Of a DNA stretch of 64,000 nucleotides, positions 10,212 to 17,525 are shown one piece after another (within the stretch, counting starts at the first letter, position 1; the number at the start of each line of letters is the position of its first letter). The notes beneath the pieces were generated by a model. That model saw only the letters and a program-made list of their open reading frames with translations, had not been told where the DNA came from and made no database searches. Source of the DNA: a virus. The position numbers and the translations under genes were made by a program. The stretch lies in the IMG/VR virus record IMGVR_UViG_3300025732_000018; one strand, written 5' to 3'.

Positions 10212-11183
10212 ATGGCTCATATGATTGAGATGATCAACGGCAAGGCGCAGATGGCGTACGCCGGTGATACGCCCTGGCACGGCCTCGGCACTCGCGTTCC
10301 TAACGACCTCACTCCGGTCCAGATGCTCGAGGCTGCTGGTCTTAACTGGTCCGTCGAGCCGGTCGAGTCGTACATCAAGCACAACGGCACCGAGATCCCG
10401 ACCGGCATGAAGTCTCTGGTCCGCTCTCTCGACTCCAAAGTCCTTACCAACATCGGTGAGAACTGGGAACCCGTGCAGAACGTCGAGGCCTTCGAGTTCT
10501 TCAACGACTTCGTCATGGCTGGCGACATGGAGATGCACACCGCTGGCTCGCTTCGCGACGGTCAGATCGTCTGGGCTCTCGCCAAGGTGAAGGAGTCGTT
10601 CTCTCTCGCCACCAAGAAGGGCGAGGACGTCGTCGAGTCGTACCTCTTGTTCTCCAATCCGCACAAGTACGGCTTCGCCCTCGACGTGCGCTTCACACCG
10701 ATCCGTGTCGTGTGCAACAACACGCTGACTCTCTCCCTGCAGGCCAAGGGCGACAACATGGTGCGCCTCAACCACCGTCGCAAGTTCAACGCTGACGAGG
10801 TCAAGGAGACTCTCGGCATCGCCAAAGACAAGCTGGCTGCCTACAAGGAGATGGCTCAGTTCCTCTCGACCAAGCGCTACACCAAGGACAATCTGGTCGA
10901 GTACTTCTCCGGACTGTTCCCGAAGCACAACGTCGAGTCGGTCAAGGAGGTCAAGGACCTGTCGCGCAACGCGGTCCGCGCCATCGAGGTTCTCGACACT
11001 CAGCCCGGCGCCGAGATGGGCGAGGGTACGTGGTGGCAGGCATACAACGCGGTCACCTACCTAGCCGACCACGAGCTCGGTCGCAGCGCCGACTCGCGTC
11101 TCACCTCGGCCTGGTACGGCACCAACCGCAACCTCAAGATGCGCGCCCTTGACACGGCGGTAGAAATGGCGGAGGCGGCTTGA
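10212..11183 (+). CDS. DUF932/DUF945 phage-plasmid protein
   Basis: PWHGLG, GSLRDG, TPIRVVCNNTL, GTWWQAYNAVT. Confidence 0.85.
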   Translation: MAHMIEMINGKAQMAYAGDTPWHGLGTRVPNDLTPVQMLEAAGLNWSVEPVESYIKHNGTEIPTGMKSLVRSLDSKVLTNIGENWEPVQNVEAFEFFNDFVMAGDMEMHTAGSLRDGQIVWALAKVKESFSLATKKGEDVVESYLLFSNPHKYGFALDVRFTPIRVVCNNTLTLSLQAKGDNMVRLNHRRKFNADEVKETLGIAKDKLAAYKEMAQFLSTKRYTKDNLVEYFSGLFPKHNVESVKEVKDLSRNAVRAIEVLDTQPGAEMGEGTWWQAYNAVTYLADHELGRSADSRLTSAWYGTNRNLKMRALDTAVEMAEAA

Positions 11184-11213
11184 GCCGCTTCCCCTCTCAC
11201 GGGAGTCACTGAA

Positions 11214-12253
11214 ATGATGGTGTTCATAGTCATGGTCGACAAGAAGAACGGTGCGACCGAGGTCAACGGCGTCTTCTCTGATCATAAGAAAGCGTACGAG
11301 TGGGTTGACTCGCTCAAGGGTCGTCAAGGCGTCGTCGACGTGTGGGTCACTCGACGCCTGGTCGAGGACTTCAAAGTTGTCTGACAACACCAACAAGTTT
11401 CTCGACGCTGTAGAGAAGATGATCGACGCGCAGGATGACATGTGGCATGAAGAACAGCACTGTAACTACCGAGAAGTTGAGCGTATCCGCGACGAGGTCT
11501 ATAAGCCGGCCCGAGAAGCAGCGCGCTGGTACTTCAGGCAAGCGATCCGGGAGATCGTTAAAGAAAGCCAATAGACACGTAGTCCTAGAGTACAACCAGG
11601 CTCCAACCGACAACGGTGAGCTGGCAAAGATGCTATACGACACTATGGATCACTACCACTACCTCGTCTGCCCCCATAAGACCGACGAGGAGAGGGAGTA
11701 CATGAACTCTCAGACTATCTTCGGAATCATCGACCTGGCCAAGACCGAGAACGAGCTTTTCGGCCACTCCTACAGAGCCTTCATCATCAACAAGATCAAC
11801 TTCTACCGAAAGATGATTGAGTTCAACCACGTCGACGACCATACCGTCGGCTACAACCCCACCAAGACGAGGTGGATGAAGTGACTCAGTCTTTCGAGGA
11901 GAGGAACCGAAAGGTCCTCAAGAAGGTCGGCTATTTCAATATCAAAAAGAAAAGAGACCAGGAGAAGGCGAAGGAATCAGTTGACAATTTTTACAGGTCT
12001 GTGTATGGTATAAATACAAGTGGAGCTAAGAAAAATGCAGCGTCCTGGTAAGGTACATAAGGCCGGTCTGGCAGACGGCACACGGTTTGACATTCGGGTT
12101 CTTCTGTCCTATCTGCACGACGCCACAAAGGCTCTGGAATCCGCCGGTGATTCGGAAGCAGCGTTTCGCTTCGAGATGCTGTACGACTATCTCAAGAATC
12201 ACTACAACCCATCGAAACCTCTGAGGTTTGAAAACAAACATTTGGGGCTATAA
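11214..12253 (+). other. Cluster of small hypothetical ORFs (including about 11630-11884 and 12035-12253)
   Basis: Short tightly packed ORFs; starts uncertain. Confidence 0.45.
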
Positions 12254-12396
12254 TGGTATACGTAGCGACTGAAGAAGGCGTACTAGTTGCGCTGGTCATC
12301 GGATCCCTAGCCGGTATCTTGGCTGGGTTCGTCTTATCTCACATCACCTATAGATAAGATCTACACCCTCAGAGGTTTTCCTGGAAAGGAAGACTA

Positions 12397-12840
12397 ATGC
12401 GTAAACTCTTGCACATTTTTCCGGCTCTGCTTATAGCCGGGTGCACGACCACCGCCGACTTGGACATGTCAGCGTCAGCAAAGGACCGAGTGGTCTATGA
12501 GCTGGTTACCAAGAAGGCAGAGGAAAACAACGTCCCAGTGAAGCTCGCTCACGCGGTCATTCGCCTGGAGTCTAACTACAACCCAAAGACGCGCGGCCGC
12601 CAGGGTGAGATTGGACTGGGACAGATCAAGTGTCAGACCGCTAGGGGTGTCGGCTTCTCAGGAAACTGTGCCAAGCTCTACGACCCGGAGACCAACTTGA
12701 CTTACTCTATGCGATACCTTAGGGAGGCTCTTAACCGAGCCGGGAACAACGAGTGCCACGCCGCCACGCTCTACAACGCGGGGCTCGGTGCTCGAATGAA
12801 GTCGTCTGCGTACTGCAGAAAAGTAATGGCTCAGCTCTGA
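12397..12840 (+). CDS. Lytic transglycosylase (SLT domain) lipoprotein
   Basis: Lipobox IAGC; IRLESNY, GLGQI, YNAG. Confidence 0.85.
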   Translation: MRKLLHIFPALLIAGCTTTADLDMSASAKDRVVYELVTKKAEENNVPVKLAHAVIRLESNYNPKTRGRQGEIGLGQIKCQTARGVGFSGNCAKLYDPETNLTYSMRYLREALNRAGNNECHAATLYNAGLGARMKSSAYCRKVMAQL

Positions 12841-12848
12841 GCCAAGAC

Positions 12849-12940
12849 GGGGGTGGGTGTTGGTACACAGGGAGACCTTATAAGTCTTTCAGCGCCCGAT
12901 TAGCGTTCTCGACTCGGTTCGAATCCGGGCACCCCTACCA
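12849..12940 (+). tRNA. Atypical tRNA, anticodon UAU (nominal Ile), long variable arm
   Basis: GGGGGTG/CACCCCT acceptor, A73-CCA, TTCGAAT T-loop, CTTATAA anticodon loop. Confidence 0.8.
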
Positions 12941-12963
12941 ATTCACTGTAAGGAGAATATGAA

Positions 12964-13476
12964 ATGCGTAACACAATCATTGCAATCGCTACTTTAATCG
13001 CTGGCTCGGCAGTCGCCGCAGACCTTCCGTCTCGCTCGGCACCGCCTGCTCCAGTCGTTCAGGCTCCGGTCTCGTGGTACGTCGGTCTCAACGGCGGCAC
13101 CATCGCCGGCAACTCCGGCACTGTCGGTGTCAACGGCGGCCTTCAGTACGGACAGTACGTTCGCGTAGAAGGCGCTTATGACTACGCTAACACCGGTGGT
13201 GGAAACCTTCTCGGTCAGAACACCAACCTGCTGACTGGAAACTTCATCGTTCAGTATCCGGTCGACCAGTTCAAGGTTACGCCGTACGCTCTCGCCGGTG
13301 CTGGCTACCGCTGGTCGTCGGTCAAGAACGAGCCAATCTACAACGTCGGCGGCGGCGTCCGCTACGGCCTTACCAGCAACGTCGACCTCGACGCTCGCTA
13401 TCGCTACGTGTCGTCGACTTCTGACTCGACTCGTAACGCCAGCGTCTACACCCTCGGCGTGAACTACAAGTTCTAA
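12964..13476 (+). CDS. Outer-membrane beta-barrel protein (Omp25/RopB-like)
   Basis: Signal peptide plus ADLPSR, alternating beta strands, PYALAGAG, C-terminal YKF. Confidence 0.85.
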   Translation: MRNTIIAIATLIAGSAVAADLPSRSAPPAPVVQAPVSWYVGLNGGTIAGNSGTVGVNGGLQYGQYVRVEGAYDYANTGGGNLLGQNTNLLTGNFIVQYPVDQFKVTPYALAGAGYRWSSVKNEPIYNVGGGVRYGLTSNVDLDARYRYVSSTSDSTRNASVYTLGVNYKF

Positions 13477-13483
13477 TCGAATA

Positions 13484-13561
13484 GGTCCCTTAGCTCAGCT
13501 GGACTAGAGCAACAGCCTTCTAAGCTGTGGGTCGGTGGTTCGAATCCACCAGGGATCGCCA
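13484..13561 (+). tRNA. tRNA-Arg(UCU)
   Basis: Cloverleaf, CTTCTAA loop, CCA. Confidence 0.93.
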
Positions 13562-13586
13562 ATATATAGACCAGGAGGAATTTGAT

Positions 13587-13799
13587 ATGTCTTTTGATCA
13601 TCTCATGGTCGAGCTCGGCTCGCGATACAAGTACAAGAACATCTTTCTCGTCTTAGACGAGCTGCAGCAGTTCATCAAGGAGGAGGGATACAAGTGCTCC
13701 CTCCTCCGTCCGTCTGACTACCACATCGACGTGGACGAGAACAGAGTAAGCGTGCTCATCAATACTAAGGATGAGATAACCGGATTCATGTTAGGATAG
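13587..13799 (+). CDS. Hypothetical protein
   Basis: SD AGGAGG, ATG at 13587. Confidence 0.6.
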   Translation: MSFDHLMVELGSRYKYKNIFLVLDELQQFIKEEGYKCSLLRPSDYHIDVDENRVSVLINTKDEITGFMLG

Positions 13800-13802
13800 A
13801 GA

Positions 13803-14243
13803 ATGGATCAACTAGTCGAAGACATGAAGAGGCTGCTGGCCACTACCTTTTCTTTCTACCTCAAGGCCCATAACTTTCACTGGAACGTAGAAGGTCAGAA
13901 CTTTCTTGATCTTCACGAGTTCTTTAAGGACATCTACGAGCAGGTGCACGGCGACGTTGACGCCATCGCTGAGGAGACTCGCGCGCTAGGATCGTATGTC
14001 CCTGGATCGTACTCACGATTCTCGGAGCTGACGGTGATTAACGATGAGACGTCAATCCCTGCGGCTTACGCGATGGTGGCTAAGCTGGCCTCTGACAACA
14101 CGACTCTGATGGCCATGCAGAAGAAGGCATACGCCTCGGCTGAGGCTGTCGGCGAGATGGGTCTGTCGAACTTCCTGCAGGACCTGTACGACAAGCATAA
14201 GAAGATGCAGTGGATGCTCACCTCCCTCAATAAGGGAGAGTGA
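13803..14243 (+). CDS. dps: Dps family ferritin-like protein
   Basis: KAHNFHWNVEG, LHEFF..IYE, D.IAE, K.QWML. Confidence 0.92.
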   Translation: MDQLVEDMKRLLATTFSFYLKAHNFHWNVEGQNFLDLHEFFKDIYEQVHGDVDAIAEETRALGSYVPGSYSRFSELTVINDETSIPAAYAMVAKLASDNTTLMAMQKKAYASAEAVGEMGLSNFLQDLYDKHKKMQWMLTSLNKGE

Positions 14244-14250
14244 GCTAGTT

Positions 14251-14342
14251 GGTGGGGTGGCCGAGAGGCTGAAGGCAGCGGTTTGCTAAATCGCCGTACC
14301 TGGAAACGGGTACCGTGGGTTCGAATCCCACTCCCACCGCCA
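14251..14342 (+). tRNA. tRNA-Ser(GCU)
   Basis: Long variable arm, G73, CCA. Confidence 0.93.
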
Positions 14343-14355
14343 GTTATAAATATAG

Positions 14356-14429
14356 CGCGGGATAGAGAAACGGTAACTCGGCAGGCTCATTACCTGCAGA
14401 TGATGGTTCAACTCCATCTCCCGCAACCA
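14356..14429 (+). tRNA. tRNA-fMet(CAU)-like
   Basis: C1:A72 mismatch, TTCAACT T-loop, CCA. Confidence 0.85.
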
Positions 14430-14431
14430 GG

Positions 14432-14505
14432 ATCGGTGAAGTGTTACGGTAGCACAGCGGTCTCCAAAACCGCGGGCGTAGGTTCGACTCCTACCACCGG
14501 TGCCA
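14432..14505 (+). tRNA. tRNA-Trp(CCA)
   Basis: CTCCAAA loop, G73, CCA. Confidence 0.9.
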
Positions 14506-14511
14506 TTCTTA

Positions 14512-14784
14512 TCAGTCGCGCGACGGCCAGAGTCCGTTGATGCAGATGATGAACGATGGCTCTCCGTTCTCGTAGCCGTAGTACTTGTTACCATGAGCGT
14601 CAGTCTTCCTCAAGTCAGGAAGCTTGAAGTTATGGACGCCATCTCCGCCGTAGTTATTTCCTAGCAGCGCGAACAGCGCTTGATTGTGGGAGATGTCTAA
14701 GGTTTGACCGGCGCAGAAGGCCCACTCTCTCGGTGGGAAGTTGCCGGCGAACATTCTAATTTCTGCTAAGTAGCCTTCCATCAT
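14512..14784 (-). CDS. Stand-alone tail-collar domain protein
   Basis: EIRMFAGNFPP.WAFC.GQ.L.I..NQALFALLG..YGGDG..NF.LPDLR. Confidence 0.88.
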   Translation of the reverse strand: MMEGYLAEIRMFAGNFPPREWAFCAGQTLDISHNQALFALLGNNYGGDGVHNFKLPDLRKTDAHGNKYYGYENGEPSFIICINGLWPSRD

Positions 14785-14839
14785 ATCTCTCCATGATGTT
14801 GGTGTGGGTGAACACAGTATTTATCACGTGAGAGTAGTC

Positions 14840-15331
14840 ATGCGAGTACACATCGGTAAGTATCCTAACAATCCAGACAAAGAGCGCAAGATCTCAGTCA
14901 AGATCGACAAGTGGGACACCTGGTCGATGGACCACACGCTCGCACTCATCATCCACCCCATGCTGGTCCAGCTCAAGGAAACTAAGCACGGCGGTCCTTA
15001 TGTCGACAACGAGGACGTACCGGAGGAGCTGTGGAACACCGACGAGCATGTAGATCCATACGCCTTAGACGATAAGTACTTTGACCGATGGGACTACGTT
15101 CTTGATGAGATGATCTTTACCTTCGAGAGCCTAACTAAAGACTGGGAGGGAGAGTACTTTATCTCTCACGGCGAGCACGAGTTCGTCGAGCACGACGACG
15201 GGTCCGGCAACGCCACCCTCAACTGGATCAAGAAGCCAGAGGTGGACCGTGAGGGTATGGAGGCCCACGGGGACCGGATCAAGAACGGCCTGAGGCTTTT
15301 CGGTAAGTATTATATGGCCCTCTGGGACTGA
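14840..15331 (+). CDS. Phage hypothetical protein
   Basis: DTWSMDHTLALII and GLRLFGKYYMALWD resemble T4-like phage hypotheticals. Confidence 0.75.
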   Translation: MRVHIGKYPNNPDKERKISVKIDKWDTWSMDHTLALIIHPMLVQLKETKHGGPYVDNEDVPEELWNTDEHVDPYALDDKYFDRWDYVLDEMIFTFESLTKDWEGEYFISHGEHEFVEHDDGSGNATLNWIKKPEVDREGMEAHGDRIKNGLRLFGKYYMALWD

Positions 15332-15342
15332 AAAAATAGTGG

Positions 15343-15378
15343 TTGACATTATTTCTAAGGTGGTTTATATTATAAATA
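15343..15378 (+). promoter_or_regulatory. Early promoter TTGACA-17-TATATT overlapped by late TATAAATA box
   Basis: TTGACA 15343, TATATT 15366, TATAAATA 15371. Confidence 0.8.
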
Positions 15379-15480
15379 ATGGCAATGACATATACACACG
15401 AGACTAGAATGAAGCCAACGACGAAGTCACACTTTAGGTCGATCCAGCCGCGAGTCAATTGCGGAGCTGCCGTCTCATGA
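15379..15480 (+). CDS. Putative attenuator leader peptide MAMTYTHETRMKPTTKSHFRSIQPRVNCGAAVS
   Basis: ATG at predicted +1; stop codon lies in the 5' arm of an antiterminator. Confidence 0.55.
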   Translation: MAMTYTHETRMKPTTKSHFRSIQPRVNCGAAVS

Positions 15481-15506
15481 CATGATCTAAACCAGATCAG
15501 AGTTCA

Positions 15507-15536
15507 AGAGGCGGGACCAAGAGTCCCGCTTTTTTT
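15507..15536 (+). terminator. Intrinsic terminator (candidate attenuator)
   Basis: GCGGGAC-caaga-GTCCCGC then T7. Confidence 0.88.
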
Positions 15537-15611
15537 ATGTTCAACAACAAGAAACTTTGTTGAACATATCGGTTGACAATATTCTCTAGGCGTGATAGAC
15601 TAACAATACAG

Positions 15612-15623
15612 GCTGTTTGAAAA
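15612..15623 (+). promoter_or_regulatory. boxA-like antitermination element
   Basis: GCTGTTTGAAAA between promoter 15573 and the first tRNA. Confidence 0.55.
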
Positions 15624-15633
15624 TAAACTAACT

Positions 15634-15706
15634 AGACTCCTGGCTCAACGGTGAGAGCGCCGGCCTTTTAAGCCGTGAGGTTCGGGTTCGAGTCCCGAGG
15701 AGTCTG
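15634..15706 (+). tRNA. tRNA-Lys(UUU), no encoded CCA
   Basis: AGACTCC/GGAGTCT acceptor, CTTTTAA loop. Confidence 0.85.
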
Positions 15707-15707
15707 C

Positions 15708-15782
15708 TGGCGCGTAGCTCAGCGGAAGAGCAAACGCTTGATAAGCGTTAGGTCGCTGGTTCAATCCCAGCCGCGCCAACCA
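15708..15782 (+). tRNA. tRNA-Ile(GAU)
   Basis: TTGATAA loop, CCA. Confidence 0.92.
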
Positions 15783-15787
15783 ATTAC

Positions 15788-15863
15788 GGACTGTTAGCTC
15801 AGTTGGTAGAGCAGGAGACTCTTAATCTCTTGGTCGTAGGTTCGAGTCCTGCACGGTCCACCA
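15788..15863 (+). tRNA. tRNA-Lys(CUU)
   Basis: CTCTTAA loop, CCA. Confidence 0.93.
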
Positions 15864-15868
15864 AATTC

Positions 15869-15945
15869 GCTCCGTTCGTCTAGCGGTCTAGGACACTGCC
15901 CTCTCAAGGCAGAGATCACGGGTTCAAATCCCGTACGGAGTACCA
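15869..15945 (+). tRNA. tRNA-Glu(CUC)
   Basis: GTCTAGCGGTCTAGGAC D-arm, CTCTCAA loop, CCA. Confidence 0.92.
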
Positions 15946-15951
15946 ATACGT

Positions 15952-16029
15952 TCGGCGGTAGCACTCTAGGTGAGCGCGCTCGGCTGTTAACCGAGAATGA
16001 GGTTGGTTCGAATCCAACCCGCCGAGCCA
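15952..16029 (+). tRNA. tRNA-Asn(GUU)
   Basis: CTGTTAA loop, G73, CCA. Confidence 0.9.
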
Positions 16030-16035
16030 AGTTTC

Positions 16036-16110
16036 GGGTGGTTAGCTCAGGGGTAGAGCGGCTGTTTTACACGCAGCGGGTCGGGAGTTCGATCCTCTCA
16101 CCACCCACCA
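16036..16110 (+). tRNA. tRNA-Val(UAC)
   Basis: TTTACAC loop, CCA. Confidence 0.92.
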
Positions 16111-16113
16111 TTA

Positions 16114-16275
16114 ATGTACCGTAAGACACAACGCTACTGAACCGATTGGTCGTCGGGTGTAGGGTAGCTGGAAGACTTACGCCTCTCTGCTTTGGAGATT
16201 GACCGCCAAAAGCACGTCGAGGAGGGCGCTGGTGCTGACCAGCAGGCAACCGTAGGAGATACGGATCAGCAACAT
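16114..16275 (+). ncRNA. Candidate structured ncRNA A
   Basis: Multiple nested helices plus a pseudoknot, followed by a T-run; no credible ORF. Confidence 0.55.
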
Positions 16276-16284
16276 TTTTTTTTT

Positions 16285-16368
16285 GGAGGATGGCGTGCAT
16301 GGTGCACACAGAGTCTTGAAAACTCCGCCACCGAAAGGTTGATGGTTCGATTCCTTCATCCTCCGCCA
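16285..16368 (+). tRNA. Atypical tRNA-Ser(UGA), possible 8/4 fold
   Basis: GGAGGATG/CATCCTCC, small D-loop, CTTGAAA loop, variable arm, G73-CCA. Confidence 0.8.
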
Positions 16369-16372
16369 ATTC

Positions 16373-16459
16373 GCTGGATTACTATAGAGACGGTGTCCTA
16401 GGTCTGTCTCTTGTGCTTACCAGTAGAGGAAGCCCGGAAACCTCTATAAACATACGGGT
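16373..16459 (+). ncRNA. Candidate ncRNA B with preQ1-like H-type pseudoknot
   Basis: TAGAGG/CCTCTA stem; loop GCCCG pairs with downstream CGGGT. Confidence 0.55.
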
Positions 16460-16467
16460 AGAATTTT

Positions 16468-16543
16468 GGGCTCTTAGCTCAGCTGGGAGAGCAGTAGCTT
16501 TGCAAGCTTCAGGTCGTCGGTTCGATCCCGACAGAGTCCACCA
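16468..16543 (+). tRNA. tRNA-Ala(UGC)
   Basis: G3:U70 pair, TTTGCAA loop, CCA. Confidence 0.93.
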
Positions 16544-16545
16544 CG

Positions 16546-16981
16546 TTTGAGAGTGAGCCTATGGCGTCTACAGGCTTATTGAGAAGTACTGGTTAGGGTT
16601 GGATCCCAACACCTCGGTGACACAACAGCCTCATAGCTCTCAAAGCAATTACTACCTGAATACGAGTAGACGCGTGCAAACAAGGTCGACCGTCAGAATG
16701 TCAGGGGTAGCGGGAATACTGACCTGAAGGCCCGCACTAGAAGCGTCGTGTTTGTCCGAGCGTCGTGGATCTCGCTGATAAATGGTTCAGCATCGGACTC
16801 CAGTTTTAGAGTTTTGGCAGAGTTCGGACGAAACTGCCTTGACTTGCACGGTTCAGGTCCTGTGCTTGTGACTGTCGCTTCGGCTGACGTTTCAGACCAG
16901 ATATACTCATGGCTGCTCGGGGGTTATGAGAAGAATTAAATCTGGGGCCGTCGTTATGACCGCCATGGATAGCCCGAGCCA
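16546..16981 (+). ncRNA. Run of candidate structured ncRNAs C-G
   Basis: About 440 bp without tRNA or credible CDS, with end-closing helices. Confidence 0.45.
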
Positions 16982-17004
16982 ATTTGAATAGCTGAGAGGT
17001 AAAA

Positions 17005-17346
17005 ATGAGAGAATATATACCAGACAATTGGGTTATTTTTAAAATAATCAAAGATGGTTTTATAATATACAAAGTTCTTGGAGGTTGGTCTGGTGGTTAT
17101 CTTCACGGCAGTTCTTGGCAAATGAACAGTGGAATTGTAGGTGTTACAGAAAACGCTTCTTATTATCACTTCAAAGGTTATTCTGGATCACTATATAAAT
17201 GCTCCAAAACATCGTATGGTATTCGTATGAATATCGCAGCAGTTGCGGATAATTTGTTGAAGAAATATCCCGATACAGTTACGTTAATGTCTGAAGATAC
17301 CAATTGGTTCGATTTGGATTTTAATACAAGTTTGGCTCAGAGTTAG
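17005..17346 (+). CDS. Phage hypothetical protein (AT-rich)
   Basis: SD GAGG; PDNWV..YKVLGGWSGGYL..W..NSGI. Confidence 0.75.
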   Translation: MREYIPDNWVIFKIIKDGFIIYKVLGGWSGGYLHGSSWQMNSGIVGVTENASYYHFKGYSGSLYKCSKTSYGIRMNIAAVADNLLKKYPDTVTLMSEDTNWFDLDFNTSLAQS

Positions 17347-17406
17347 AGGGATTGTAGGTAGGACCTGTAATATAACCGCCAAGGCGATGATTGACTGGGC
17401 AACCTT

Positions 17407-17525
17407 CATTATAACTGATGAACACTAGGCTATCATACCGATCCTCCGAGATCGTGACAACAGGCAAAGGTGGCGGGTACCACCGATGCAGGATGGGAAA
17501 CCCCCTAGTGTTCTTCTGTTATAAT
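17407..17525 (+). ncRNA. Candidate ncRNA H: long closing stem around a multiloop
   Basis: CATTATAAC/GTTATAATG and GAACACTAGG/CCTAGTGTTC. Confidence 0.6.

Noticed and set aside
16424-16440. RNase P RNA (GAGGAAG.CC)
   Set aside because: Only a partial match to conserved region I and no matching region V nearby.
17415-17430. Hammerhead ribozyme (CTGATGA)
   Set aside because: The stem after CTGATGA is not followed by GAAA and no stem I/III geometry is evident.
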